Positions 9,410-19,142 of a stretch of DNA of 64,000 nt are shown here, in pieces. Position 1 is the first letter of the stretch, and the number at the start of each line of letters is the position of its first letter. The stretch comes from Myxococcota bacterium. Its GTDB lineage: Bacteria; Myxococcota_A; UBA9160; SZUA-336. Under the pieces are notes generated by a model that had not been told where the DNA came from, searched no databases, and saw nothing but the letters and a program-made list of their open reading frames with translations. Both the position numbers and the translations under genes were made by a program. The stretch is taken from NCBI GenBank assembly GCA_965247115.1, contig CBDFGR010000003.1:1792001-1856000 (forward strand), given 5' to 3'.

Positions 9410-9796
9410 GTGAAGACACACGTCGGCGGTTGTCACTGCGGGCGGGTACGGTTCGAGGTAACGGCGCCGTCAGAGGTGCAGGTGTCCGAGTGCAACTGTT
9501 CGATCTGCAGCAGCGCGGGCTACTTGCACCTGATCGTTCCGCGCTCGCGCTTCTCGTTGCTTCAGGGAGCCGACAGCCTGTCGACCTATACCTTCAACAC
9601 GGGAGTCGCGCAGCACTACTTTTGCAAGGTCTGCGGCGTCAAGTCCTTCTACGTGCCTCGCTCGCACCCGGAACAGTACAGTGTCAATTTCCGCTGCCTC
9701 GATCGAGAGTCTTTCTCGAATGTCACGGTCGTCGAGTTTGACGGCCGCAACTGGGAGGAGGCCAGGGCCAAGGAGGTGGCCCACAACGGCCGATGA
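9410..9796 (+). CDS. GFA (CENP-V/GFA) family zinc protein
   Basis: GGCHCG, CNCSIC, FCKVCG; GTG start at 9410. Confidence 0.9.
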   Translation: MKTHVGGCHCGRVRFEVTAPSEVQVSECNCSICSSAGYLHLIVPRSRFSLLQGADSLSTYTFNTGVAQHYFCKVCGVKSFYVPRSHPEQYSVNFRCLDRESFSNVTVVEFDGRNWEEARAKEVAHNGR

Positions 9797-9904
9797 GCGT
9801 GCTACAGTGGCCGAGGCCTGTGTTCTAGGCTTCAACCCTCGCCATGCCTACGCTCCGCGACGACGTCGACGCCTGGGAGAAGGCCATTCGGAGGTCATCA
9901 GCAC

Positions 9905-10324
9905 ATGAGCGATCCTGTACGAGGCTCCTGCTTCTGTGGCACCGTAAGGTTTGAGTTCGACCTGCCCACGTCGTTTTGCGCGCACTGTCACTGCACGATG
10001 TGCCAGCGCGCGCACGGCGCCGGTTACGTCACCTGGGTCGGAGTGCCTAAGACGCGCTTCCGCGTGGTGGCGGGCGGCGAGACGCTCACCCCCTTCAAGT
10101 CCTCGGACCACGGCACTCGCTCCTTTTGTGCGAACTGCGGGAGCTCGCTCTTCTGTGAGTCGACACATCACTCCGAGCAGATCGACATCGTGGTCGCGAA
10201 CCTCCAGTCTGCGATCGATCGCGAGCCACAGTCGCACTGCTACTTCGACACCAAGGCTGGGTGGATTCACGTGAGCGACGAGCTTCCGAAGCTCGGCGGA
10301 AAGACCGGCGTAGAGCCGCTGTAG
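9905..10324 (+). CDS. GFA family protein
   Basis: GSCFCG, HCHCTMCQR, FCANCGS. Confidence 0.9.
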   Translation: MSDPVRGSCFCGTVRFEFDLPTSFCAHCHCTMCQRAHGAGYVTWVGVPKTRFRVVAGGETLTPFKSSDHGTRSFCANCGSSLFCESTHHSEQIDIVVANLQSAIDREPQSHCYFDTKAGWIHVSDELPKLGGKTGVEPL

Positions 10325-10332
10325 GAGAGACG

Positions 10333-10767
10333 ATGTCCGTGACCATGACGAGAGCGGAGCGCGAGGCCTTCCTGGCCGACTTGCACGTGGGGATCCTCAG
10401 CATTCCCGAGGCGGACAGGGGCACGCTCGCGGTTCCGATCTGGTACGACTACGAGCCCGGGGGGGAGCTCTGGATGCTCACTGGCAGGGGGTCGCGCAAG
10501 GGGAAGCTCATTGGGAGCGGCACCCGCCTCAGCCTCTGCGCTCAGACCGAGCAGGCGCCGTACAAGTACGTGAGCGTCGAGGGCCCGGTCGTGGGGATCG
10601 AGCCCAGCGATCTGGAGAAGCACCTGCGTCCCATGGCCCGCCGCTACCTCGGTGTTGAGGGAGGCGACCAGTACATCGACGCGATGCCCGCGGATGGCGA
10701 CGACACGGGCATCGTGGTCCGCATGCGCCCCGAGCGCTGGCTCACGGTGGACTACGCCAAGGCCTAG
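10333..10767 (+). CDS. Pyridoxamine 5'-phosphate oxidase-like (split beta-barrel, PPOX class) protein
   Basis: MTRAEREAFL, VPIWYDY, YKYVSVEG, RPERWLTVDY; AGGAG RBS. Confidence 0.85.
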   Translation: MSVTMTRAEREAFLADLHVGILSIPEADRGTLAVPIWYDYEPGGELWMLTGRGSRKGKLIGSGTRLSLCAQTEQAPYKYVSVEGPVVGIEPSDLEKHLRPMARRYLGVEGGDQYIDAMPADGDDTGIVVRMRPERWLTVDYAKA

Positions 10768-10810
10768 CGAGCGCGCGCAGCTCGGCGAAGCCGAGCGACA
10801 GCGGGTGGCC
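10767..10810. repeat. Partial copy of the dispersed palindromic repeat
   Basis: gcgcgcgcagctcggcgaagccgagcgacagcgggtggcc. Confidence 0.7.
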
Positions 10811-10842
10811 TTCCTGACCTTGTCCAGGGGAGGGAAGAGCGA

Positions 10843-11484
10843 GTGCCGCGACGATCGCACAAAGCCGTACTGTTCGACCTCGACGGAGTCCTGATCGACT
10901 CCTACGAGGTCTGGTTCCAGCTCCTGAACGCGGCCAGCGTGGAGTATCGGGCAGCCCCGATCTCTCGCGAGACCTTCCACGAGTGCTGGGGACAGGGAAT
11001 TCAGGCCGACATCCAGCGGTTCTTCCGAAAGCAGGGAGTCGAGGAGCTCGAGGTGTTCTATGACAATCACTTCATGGACTTCGCAGAGCAACTCTCGGTG
11101 AACCCTGATGCCGGGAACGTCTTTGCGTCCCTCGAGGAACGGGGGATCCCGAGCGCGGTGATCACGAACACGCCGGCCGGGTTGGCGGGGCGCATTCTGG
11201 AGTACGCGGCGCTTGCGCCTGAGGCTCTCGTTGGAGGGACGGACGTGCAGGAGGCGAAGCCGGCGCCGGACATGGTGCTGCGCGGCTGCGAGCTGCTGGG
11301 GGTGCGTCCCTCGGAGGCCGTCGTAGTCGGTGATTCGGACTTCGATCGGGTTGCAGCGCGCGCGGCCGGAGTGCCGTTTGCGGGCTTCGGGATCGAGGGC
11401 GACGTCGAGCTCGAGCGCCTGACGGACCTGATCGCGTACGTCGCGCCGAGCCGATCCTTGACAGGGTTCTCAGAAGCCGATTAG
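10843..11484 (+). CDS. HAD family phosphatase
   Basis: FDLDGVLIDS, KPAP, VGDSDFD. Confidence 0.9.
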   Translation: MPRRSHKAVLFDLDGVLIDSYEVWFQLLNAASVEYRAAPISRETFHECWGQGIQADIQRFFRKQGVEELEVFYDNHFMDFAEQLSVNPDAGNVFASLEERGIPSAVITNTPAGLAGRILEYAALAPEALVGGTDVQEAKPAPDMVLRGCELLGVRPSEAVVVGDSDFDRVAARAAGVPFAGFGIEGDVELERLTDLIAYVAPSRSLTGFSEAD

Positions 11485-11526
11485 CTAAGCACAGAGCTCG
11501 CGCGATTGTACGCAGGGGAGGCAAGC

Positions 11527-12633
11527 GTGGACTGCCCGATCATCTCCGCCGACTCGCACGTCACCGAGCCGCCGAACACCTACGTGGACTACATCGACCC
11601 GAGGTGGCGCGAGAAGGCCCCGCGCATGGAGCGTCATGGCGACACGGACCTCTTCGTGATCGACGGAATGAAGCGGCCGGTCCCGATGGGGCTGGTGGCG
11701 GCGGCGGGCAAGCCCGCGGAGGAGCTGCGCGAGGGAGGCGTCCTCTTCGAGGACCTGCACCGCAGTGGCTGGGACTCGACCGTACGCCTTCAGGATCAGG
11801 AACGCGACGGGGTCTCTGCGGAGGTCATCTACCCGACGGTGGGCATGGTGCTCTGCAACCATCGGGACTTCGACTACAAGAAGGCCTGCTTCGACGCCTA
11901 CAACCGCTGGATCGTCGAGTACTGCTCGACAGCCCCCGACCGACTCATCGGCCAGGGGCAGACGGCCATGCGCTCTCCAGAGGAAGGTGTCGCCGATCTG
12001 GAGGCCATCAAGCGGCTCGGGCTGCGAGGTGTGATGATGCCGGGCAATCCAGCTGTCGAGGACTACGACTCTCCGGTCTACGATCCCGTCTGGGAGGCGG
12101 CCGTCGAGCTCGACCTCCCGCTGTCCTTCCATATCCTGACCACGCGCGATTCCTCTCCCGTTCGAGGGCCGCGGATGAATTTCTTCCTCACAATCATCCG
12201 AGGCTGTCAGGACATCATGGGCACCTTGATTCTCGGCGGCGTCTTTGAGCGTCACCCCGAGCTCCGGATCGTCTGCGTCGAGGCAGACGCCGGCTGGGTC
12301 CCCCACTTCATGTATCGCATGGACCACGCGTACAAGCGACACCGGAACTGGCTCCCGCCAGGGCAGGAGCTCTCGAGGCTCCCCTCGGAATACTTCGCCG
12401 CCAACATCTACACCACGTTCCAGGACGACTGGGTGGCCTTCAAGATTGCGGACCTCATGAATGCCGAGCGGCTGATGTGGGCGAACGATTTCCCCCACAG
12501 CGACTCCACCTGGCCTTGGTCCCAGTCGCTGCTCGCCGAGCACAGCAAGGACTTGAGCCCGACGCAGGCCGAGCGGATCCTGTGCCGAAACGCTGCCGAG
12601 CTTTATGGCATCGATCTTGCGAAACTGAGCTGA
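11527..12633 (+). CDS. Amidohydrolase_2 family protein
   Basis: ISADSHVTEP, LSFH, VEADAGW, WANDFPHSDSTWP. Confidence 0.9.
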   Translation: MDCPIISADSHVTEPPNTYVDYIDPRWREKAPRMERHGDTDLFVIDGMKRPVPMGLVAAAGKPAEELREGGVLFEDLHRSGWDSTVRLQDQERDGVSAEVIYPTVGMVLCNHRDFDYKKACFDAYNRWIVEYCSTAPDRLIGQGQTAMRSPEEGVADLEAIKRLGLRGVMMPGNPAVEDYDSPVYDPVWEAAVELDLPLSFHILTTRDSSPVRGPRMNFFLTIIRGCQDIMGTLILGGVFERHPELRIVCVEADAGWVPHFMYRMDHAYKRHRNWLPPGQELSRLPSEYFAANIYTTFQDDWVAFKIADLMNAERLMWANDFPHSDSTWPWSQSLLAEHSKDLSPTQAERILCRNAAELYGIDLAKLS

Positions 12634-12649
12634 GAAGCGGGAGGAATCC

Positions 12650-13108
12650 ATGGAGAAGGCGACGTTCGCGGCCGGCTGCTTCTGGGGGCCTGAGGTCAAG
12701 TTCCGAGAGGTCCCCGGCGTGATCGATGTCTGTGTGGGATATGTCGGCGGGAAGCTGGAGAACCCGACCTATGAAGACGTGTGCTATCGCGACACCGGTC
12801 ACGCTGAGGCGGTCGAGATCGAGTTCGATGCAAACCAGATCTCCTACGAGGAGCTCCTCGAGGTCTTTTGGAGCTGCCACAACCCCACAACGCTGAACCG
12901 CCAGGGCCCCGATATCGGGACGCAGTATCGGTCGGCCGTGTTCTTTCACTCGCCGGAGCAGGAGAAGGCGGCCCTCGAGTCGAAGGCGAAGCTCGAGGTC
13001 TCGGGTCGGTACCGAACCCCCATCGTGACGGAGATCGTGCCCGCTGCCACCTTCTATCGCGCGGAAGACTATCACCAGCGCTACCTGGAGAAACGCCGGC
13101 TCGTCTAA
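12650..13108 (+). CDS. msrA: Peptide-methionine (S)-S-oxide reductase
   Basis: AGCFWG, TGHAE, RQGPDIGTQYRS, FYRAEDYHQRY. Confidence 0.95.
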   Translation: MEKATFAAGCFWGPEVKFREVPGVIDVCVGYVGGKLENPTYEDVCYRDTGHAEAVEIEFDANQISYEELLEVFWSCHNPTTLNRQGPDIGTQYRSAVFFHSPEQEKAALESKAKLEVSGRYRTPIVTEIVPAATFYRAEDYHQRYLEKRRLV

Positions 13109-13130
13109 GCATGCAGGGCCGAAGTCTGAG

Positions 13131-13820
13131 CTACCAGATGCCGCGCAGTAGCCGGTACGGCGTCTCCTTCATGTAGCTCTGGTACTCGTCCCTGCGCGCT
13201 CGGATCAGCTGCCCCTCTTCGATGGGGATGGACAGGACGAACCCCGCGGCCACCACGAGCGCCCAGCAGAGCTGCGCCGCGTTTGGATTCACGATGACCG
13301 AGCAGAGGGAGATGAAGACGAAGCCCCGGTACATGGGATGCCGCACGCTTGCGTACGAGCCTTCTGTCAAGAGCGGGGTCTCCGCTGTCGCCGTGTGTGT
13401 CTGCTCGCCGCCCGGGATCCCGAGCATGCCCTTCATCGACTCGAAGGTGGCTCCCTCGAGGAACGCGAGGAAGGAGAGCAAGAAGCCGCAGGTTCCGAGG
13501 AACGTCAGCCATCCGGGGAGCTCGTAGCCCGGACCGGGCAGTGGCCGGTGCACGGCGTAGAGCAGCACCCAGGTGGCGATCGCGACCGACACGTAGAGCT
13601 GACGCTCTCGCATGCTGCCCTCTGGCCTGCCGCTCACGAGTGTCTTGAAGGCCGGCAGCATCATCACGTAGTGAATCGCCATGTACGCGACGAAGAGTGC
13701 AGCGTTCCACACGTAGGCGCCCGCCGACGCATCGGGGCTGTGCCGAAACCCCATCAGCATCGAACCGGACACCGCCGCCAACCCGATGTATGCAAACCAG
13801 CTGTATGCTCTGCCCATCAC
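13131..13820 (-). CDS. Membrane methyltransferase-like protein (ICMT/PEMT family)
   Basis: Several TM segments, GSYASVRHPMY, EE motif. Confidence 0.75.
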   Translation of the reverse strand: MMGRAYSWFAYIGLAAVSGSMLMGFRHSPDASAGAYVWNAALFVAYMAIHYVMMLPAFKTLVSGRPEGSMRERQLYVSVAIATWVLLYAVHRPLPGPGYELPGWLTFLGTCGFLLSFLAFLEGATFESMKGMLGIPGGEQTHTATAETPLLTEGSYASVRHPMYRGFVFISLCSVIVNPNAAQLCWALVVAAGFVLSIPIEEGQLIRARRDEYQSYMKETPYRLLRGIW

Positions 13821-13865
13821 GTCTCCCCCCTGTTGCTTGACGAGCGCTTCCGCTCAGAGTTCGAT

Positions 13866-15089
13866 CTAGCCCACGACCCCCTCTGCCATCAACGTGGCCA
13901 CGTCTTCGTCGGGGAGATCGAGCTCCCGCAGGATCTCGAGAGTGTGCTCGCCCAGCTCCGGAGCCACGCACTGGATGCGCCCTGGCGTCTTCGAAAGGTT
14001 GGCGGGGGGCGCGACCATCTTCTGGCGCCCGTAGCGCGGGTGGTCGACGTCGACGAGGTAGCCATTCGCGAGGACGGCGGGGTCGTTTGGGAGATCTCCC
14101 ACGCGCTGGACCCGGTCGTAGATCAGGTCCGGATTCTGGCCGAGCCGCTTCTCCCAGGTCTCGCGCGACTCCATGACGAAGCGCAGGTCGAGAATCTCGA
14201 CCAGCTCCGCCGCGTTCTTGGCGCGTGCCTGCACGTCGACGAAGCGCGGGTCGTCGAGCAAGTACTCGAGCTCCATCACGCGACAGAGGGGGGCGAAGTC
14301 CCGGTCCGAGTCGATCATTCCCAGAGTGAGCCACTCCCCGTCGCCGCAGCGGTAGTGGCTGAACAGGGGATTGGCCGCGACGGTGCGATCGAAGCGCGGC
14401 CACTCCGGCAGATTCTTGTAGAGGCAGGTTCCGATCCCCCAGTACTCGAGCCACATCGAGGCCTGGAGATGGGAGACCTCCACCTCCTGTCCGATGCCAT
14501 AGCGCTCACGCGCGGCAACGGCCGCGAGAATCCCGTGAGCGAGCATGCTGGCGCCCATGATGTCCGCAAACCCGTAGCTGATCCAGTTCGGCGGATCGCC
14601 GGGCTCGCCGCTCGCCCAGTACATGCCCGAACGCGCCTGCCCGACTGCGTCGAGCGCCGGACGCTCCGCCTCCGCTCCCTTCTGTCCGTAGCCAGAGGTG
14701 CTGGCATAGATGAGCTTGGGATTGATCTTCGCGAGGTCGTCGTAGCCCAGGCCGAGGCGCTTGAAAACCCCGGGTCGGAAGTTCTGGATGAAGATGTCCG
14801 CCTCGGCAACCAGGCGCTTCAGGAGCTCGCGCCCGCGCTCGCTCTTCAGGTCGAGGGCGATCGAGCGCTTGTTGCGGTTCATGATGTCGAAGAGCGCGCT
14901 CGTGCCGTCGGGCATCTCGACATCGGCACCGGCCACGATCGTCAGGCCGCGTGCCGCGTCCGGTACGTGCGGATTTTCGACCTTGATCACCTGCGCGCCG
15001 AGATCCCCGAGCATCACGCCGGCCAGCGGTCCGAATGCCCACGTGGTGCACTCGACCACCTTCATCCCTGTGAGTGGTCCCTTCTCCAT
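13866..15089 (-). CDS. CaiB/BaiF family III CoA-transferase
   Basis: GPLAGVMLGDLGAQVIKVE, NRNKRSIALDLK, NFRPG, APELGEHT. Confidence 0.93.
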   Translation of the reverse strand: MEKGPLTGMKVVECTTWAFGPLAGVMLGDLGAQVIKVENPHVPDAARGLTIVAGADVEMPDGTSALFDIMNRNKRSIALDLKSERGRELLKRLVAEADIFIQNFRPGVFKRLGLGYDDLAKINPKLIYASTSGYGQKGAEAERPALDAVGQARSGMYWASGEPGDPPNWISYGFADIMGASMLAHGILAAVAARERYGIGQEVEVSHLQASMWLEYWGIGTCLYKNLPEWPRFDRTVAANPLFSHYRCGDGEWLTLGMIDSDRDFAPLCRVMELEYLLDDPRFVDVQARAKNAAELVEILDLRFVMESRETWEKRLGQNPDLIYDRVQRVGDLPNDPAVLANGYLVDVDHPRYGRQKMVAPPANLSKTPGRIQCVAPELGEHTLEILRELDLPDEDVATLMAEGVVG

Positions 15090-15159
15090 GTTCGTCACCT
15101 CCACGTGCCATTCTACCGCTCCCGGCAACGTGGCGAGGCTTCGCAGGAGAACAGCGAGC

Positions 15160-16389
15160 TCAGACCTCGAGGCGGACGCTGCCCTGGCCGAACAGAACGA
15201 TGCGAGCGATGCCGCTGGCGCGGTTTCGGGCGGGCCGCAGGCGCAGCAGGCGCGGGATGGTCGCGCGAAGGGTGGCTCCCCACCAGGTGTGACCCATCAG
15301 GATCTTCGGTGGCACGGCTTGCAGGCGTTGGATGCTCACCAGCTCGGGCGTGCGTTCGGCCTCAACAGCGCTTGCGGCGGAGTCGATGCGCTCCGGATTC
15401 GACGTCTCCTGCAACACCGGCACCAGGTGGTTGGCGGTGACGACCGCGTCGCGCAGCGCGATGTTGATGCCCTGGCCCCCCACCGGGGACATGGTGTGCG
15501 CGGCGTCGCCGATCAGGAGCGCGCCCGGCTGATACCAGCTCACGACGCGATCGGAGATGGCGGAGAGCAGGAAGGGATGCGTGAGCTCGCCCTTGTGCTT
15601 CGTGAGGTGGGCTCCCAGATCTGGGGTCACGTGCCGGGCCATCTCCTCTACCCATTCCTCGATACCCCTCTTGCGCAGCTCCCCGAAGCTCCCCTTCGTG
15701 ATCACCCACGCGACCTGCAGCAGGCCATCGGGTGCGCGGTATGCGATCAGTAGGTGGGCACTGCCGATGTAGACACGCACTGGGGCGTTCCCCGCGAGAA
15801 AGTCCGGCAGCGGCACTTTGAACCAGACCACGTCGACGTCGAGACCCTGGCGGGTCGCCTCGAATCCACCGCGCCGGCGCACAGCCGAGGCGCGCCCGTC
15901 GGCTCCAACGACAAGGTCGGCACGCAGCTCTTTCTCGCCACCCGGGCCCCGCACGCGGACGCCGACGACTCGGCCGTTGTCTCTCAGGAGCTCCCGCACG
16001 CTCGTGTCGAGCTCGACTCGGAAGTCTGGTGAGGAGCCGGCCGCGCCGATCACAGCCTCGAGGAAGGCGGGCTGGGAGAAGGCGGTCGGTGGCCGCGGGC
16101 CGACGAAGGCCGGGTCGATCGCGAGGCGGAATACGGGCCGGGCATTTGCGTAGAGCTCGATCCCGGTCGGAGCGGACTGCGGCACTTCCTTGAAGATGTC
16201 GTCGAGGCCCATCTGCTCGAGTGCCTCGCGACCCGTCGGCAGCAACACCTCGCCGCGAAACTCGCGGGTGAAGTCGCGCTGGCGCTCGAGCAGGGTCACC
16301 GGGACGCCTCGCGAGGAGAGCACGTGGGCCAGGCTGGCTCCCGCGGGCCCGGCGCCGACGACGATGACCGAGCCTCCTGCAGCGGACAT
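15160..16389 (-). CDS. FAD-dependent monooxygenase/oxidoreductase
   Basis: GAGPAG, GADG, IGDAAHTMSPVGGQGIN. Confidence 0.92.
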   Translation of the reverse strand: MSAAGGSVIVVGAGPAGASLAHVLSSRGVPVTLLERQRDFTREFRGEVLLPTGREALEQMGLDDIFKEVPQSAPTGIELYANARPVFRLAIDPAFVGPRPPTAFSQPAFLEAVIGAAGSSPDFRVELDTSVRELLRDNGRVVGVRVRGPGGEKELRADLVVGADGRASAVRRRGGFEATRQGLDVDVVWFKVPLPDFLAGNAPVRVYIGSAHLLIAYRAPDGLLQVAWVITKGSFGELRKRGIEEWVEEMARHVTPDLGAHLTKHKGELTHPFLLSAISDRVVSWYQPGALLIGDAAHTMSPVGGQGINIALRDAVVTANHLVPVLQETSNPERIDSAASAVEAERTPELVSIQRLQAVPPKILMGHTWWGATLRATIPRLLRLRPARNRASGIARIVLFGQGSVRLEV

Positions 16390-16435
16390 GCTGGTCTCCT
16401 CTCTGGGTCAAGGTAGCAGCCCGGCGTGTGCGGGG

Positions 16436-16490
16436 GCGGCGCGCAGTGAGGTGCTAGCCGAACGTAGAGCGGGTGGCCGTCAGCGGCCCG
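16436..16490. repeat. Degenerate copy of the dispersed repeat overlapping the imuA stop
   Basis: gcggcgcgcagtgaggtgctagccgaacgtagagcgggtggccg. Confidence 0.55.
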
Positions 16491-17281
16491 CCGGTCGCTG
16501 ACTCGCGGGAGGACTGCTCGCGCGCCGGGCCCCGCAAGAAGCCCAGGCGGAAGTCGCAGGCTCGGTCCGCTGGGCCAGTGCGGTCGCGCTGGAGTGTGAC
16601 TCGGTTTTCGAGTCCCTCGAAAAGTCCTCCCTCGAAGTGGGCTCGACGTCGCTCGGTGTATAGTCCCTGCGTCGCAAACGAGCCCGCTACCCTTTCGGAG
16701 CCCAGCACGAGGGCCGTCGCGCGCGACTCTCGTACGGCCCGCAGTAAGCGGGACCACACGGAGCCGCCCATCTTCCCCAGAGCTCCCCGGGAAGCCCCTT
16801 CCAGGTCGAGTGTTACTACAGCAAAGCCCGTTTTGAGCAGAAGCTCTGCAGAGCGCAGGGCCGCGCGCAGCTCGGGAGGGCGCACCCAGAGGACGCGCTG
16901 GAGGTCCACTCCCGCCCGCATGAGAAAGCGTGGATCAAGTGCGTTCGGCAGATCGATCCAGCCGACGAGCTCCCCGCGAGCCGTGGCCCCGGCGGCCATG
17001 CGATAGGCCAGTGCCGTTCGTCCCGAGGAGATTTCTCCGCACACCTCGATGAGGCGTCCCTGTCGGAGGGCGGTGGGGCGGAGGAGTGCGTCCGGGAGAA
17101 ACGCGGTCTCCTCCGCCCCGGGGTTGGTGCTGGTTTTGCGATTGAGAAGTGAACCCGGGAAGCCGAGAGCTCCCTGTACTGGGGGAACCGGAACTCCCAG
17201 CCGAACTCGATCCGAAAGCCCTGCCTCGTGCAGGGCCTCCATCAGTTCTTGAGTTCGGCTTGTGGCTGGCCCCGACCTCAC
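16454..17281 (-). CDS. imuA: ImuA-like RecA/SulA-fold protein (start could be 17242)
   Basis: IEVCGEISSGRT, WIDLPNALDP, GVDLQRVLWVRP, ALRSAELLLKTGFAVVTLD; shares an upstream motif with imuB. Confidence 0.8.
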   Translation of the reverse strand: MRSGPATSRTQELMEALHEAGLSDRVRLGVPVPPVQGALGFPGSLLNRKTSTNPGAEETAFLPDALLRPTALRQGRLIEVCGEISSGRTALAYRMAAGATARGELVGWIDLPNALDPRFLMRAGVDLQRVLWVRPPELRAALRSAELLLKTGFAVVTLDLEGASRGALGKMGGSVWSRLLRAVRESRATALVLGSERVAGSFATQGLYTERRRAHFEGGLFEGLENRVTLQRDRTGPADRACDFRLGFLRGPAREQSSRESATGGPLTATRSTFG

Positions 17282-17287
17282 CCCGGG

Positions 17288-17317
17288 ATTTTCGTGTTTT
17301 ATTCGTATCCCGTCAAG
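17288..17317 (-). promoter_or_regulatory. Putative promoter with CGAA-N7-CGAA operator, upstream of imuA
   Basis: Minus strand cTTGACgggataCGAAtaaaacaCGAAaat; TTGACG-17 nt-GAAAAT. Confidence 0.65.
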
Positions 17318-17334
17318 AGGAGGTCGGGTCTGCT

Positions 17335-17661
17335 CTACTGGAGCAGCTCCTTGAAGAGGGTCAGATTTTCGCCCTCCTCCGGGGAGACATCAGCGTCGGC
17401 GCCTACGACCTCCTCCATGTACTGCACGAACAGCTTCCGGTGCTCCAGCGGGATCTGCGTCGGATCCACGCTCTCGGGATGGGGTGGCGTCTTGAGCCAC
17501 TCCTCCACCTGTCGCTTCTCCGCGTCATCCAGGTCCAGCCGGTGGATCATCCTGGAGACAAAGCTGCGCTCCTCCGACTGCACCTCGAGATCCGCCCAGG
17601 CAAAGGAGCAGACGAAACGCATCAGGCGTAGCCGTTCATCGCGATCGAGTTCTTCGAGCAT
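17335..17661 (-). CDS. TerB-like family protein
   Basis: AWADLEVQSEER...ADADVSPEE duplicated acidic motif. Confidence 0.75.
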   Translation of the reverse strand: MLEELDRDERLRLMRFVCSFAWADLEVQSEERSFVSRMIHRLDLDDAEKRQVEEWLKTPPHPESVDPTQIPLEHRKLFVQYMEEVVGADADVSPEEGENLTLFKELLQ

Positions 17662-17728
17662 CCAGGCTCCCGGAGCGAGAGCCGATTCTCTACCCCCGTC
17701 GTCGAGGAAACAAGGGGACTGGCAAGTA

Positions 17729-17840
17729 GTCGGAGGTCGGGAACGTCCCCCGGAGGACTGTGGTAGCGGTGCTCGAGGCGTGCAGGGCGCCTGAGCACGC
17801 AGGGAGCGGAGTCCTCCGGGGGACGTTCCCGACCTCCGAC
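17729..17840. repeat. Perfect 31-bp inverted repeat with an internal hairpin (REPIN/MITE-like)
   Basis: gtcggaggtcgggaacgtcccccggaggact (17729-17759) and its exact reverse complement (17810-17840). Confidence 0.9.
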
Positions 17841-17999
17841 GGCATGCGAGGCGAGGACCGGTGCAGCAACCCCGTTGCATTGCGCGGGCCACAGCGTGAG
17901 CCGCAGAATGAAGATGTCGGCCGCTGGTCGTCCGGTGCGAGGCATGTTGCCCGGACCGCAGCTCCGCGGGGAGCAGATGCCTCCGCGAGAGGAGAAGTC

Positions 18000-18509
18000 A
18001 TGAATCCAGCATTCATCTGGTACTGGAAGCGTCGCTGTGCTGGCGACGCCTCGTGTGGCACATACGCGGGCGCGGGCGAGTGGGGTTCGCAGGCCAGGGA
18101 GGGAAGACACGGGTCCGCCGAGGCGTTCCACTTCTCGAGTCGCCACCACGACCCGGTCTTCGGAAGCGGGGGCGTCGGGGTCCGGCGACCGCTTCGCTTT
18201 CTCAGCTTTCGACTGGACCTGTCCGAGCGGCAGATAGGCGAGGTGGCGAAGATCCTGGAGGGTCTCAAGATCGAGCGGGCGCAGGCAGAGGTCGACCTCA
18301 GGCGCGCGGCCTCCGACCTGGCGGATGCCCTCGAGTCCGCGGAGTTCGGCCGCACCAGTAGCGATTCGGCTCGGAGCCGACGCATGGAGGCCGCGCGGCG
18401 AGTGCAGGACACCGTCTCCACAGCCGTGGAGCGGCTTCACGAGCTCCTGGACGCGGAGCAACGTGAGGAGCTCGCCCGCCTGGTACGGAGTGGCGCGATC
18501 AAAATCTGA
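18000..18509 (+). CDS. Hypothetical protein with a Spy/CpxP-like helical domain
   Basis: LDLSERQ...LHELLDAEQREEL; GGAG RBS before ATG 18000. Confidence 0.6.
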   Translation: MNPAFIWYWKRRCAGDASCGTYAGAGEWGSQAREGRHGSAEAFHFSSRHHDPVFGSGGVGVRRPLRFLSFRLDLSERQIGEVAKILEGLKIERAQAEVDLRRAASDLADALESAEFGRTSSDSARSRRMEAARRVQDTVSTAVERLHELLDAEQREELARLVRSGAIKI

Positions 18510-18574
18510 GGCCACGGGTGGCGCGGGTCCTGCCAGTCTCAACAGTCCTCCGGGGCTGGCCGATGATCTGAAGC

Positions 18575-19081
18575 GTGGGAGATTCGGGCAGGGTCAGGGA
18601 GAAGGTGAGCTTTCAGTCTGCCCCGATCCCGATCCTGCTCGGGGTCGGGGCCCTCGTCTGCTGTGTGTTCACGAGCAGCGTTGTCGCTTGGCTCGGCGTG
18701 CAGGATCTGCTGATCAGTCGCAGCACGAGCGCGTGGCCAGCCACACGCGGCGTGGTGACCTCCGCGACCGTCCACTCGACAGGCTCCCTCTCATCCCAGG
18801 CCAGCGTTCGCTACCGCTACAGCGTCGGACGGAGGAGCTACGAGGCGAGTCGCGTAGCCTTCGGTCCTGGATCCGGCTCCGCGGTCGAGCTCATGAGAAA
18901 GTACAGCACCGGCACGGAGGTCTCCGTCCACTACGACTCGGACCAGCCGGGTCGAGCGGTCCTCGAGCCCGGCGGCTCGGTTCTCCGCATGGGGGCGGCC
19001 TTCTATGTGTCGATCGTCTCTATCCTCGCCACGCTGGGGGGCCTCGGCTGGATCATTCCGAGGGTGTCCTGGCGCGAGTGA
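18575..19081 (+). CDS. DUF3592-like membrane protein
   Basis: TM-SAWPATRGVV-YRYSVGRRSY-VSVHYD-AVLEPG-TM. Confidence 0.7.
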   Translation: MGDSGRVREKVSFQSAPIPILLGVGALVCCVFTSSVVAWLGVQDLLISRSTSAWPATRGVVTSATVHSTGSLSSQASVRYRYSVGRRSYEASRVAFGPGSGSAVELMRKYSTGTEVSVHYDSDQPGRAVLEPGGSVLRMGAAFYVSIVSILATLGGLGWIIPRVSWRE

Positions 19082-19142
19082 GACAGCGGGCGCTGCAGGC
19101 GCGATTTGACAGGGCCCGGGCGGACGCGTAAGCCCCGATCCC

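Noticed and set aside
12650..13108. MsrA as a second selenoprotein or a truncated gene
   Set aside because: The catalytic codon is TGC and all core motifs are present; only the C-terminal tail is short
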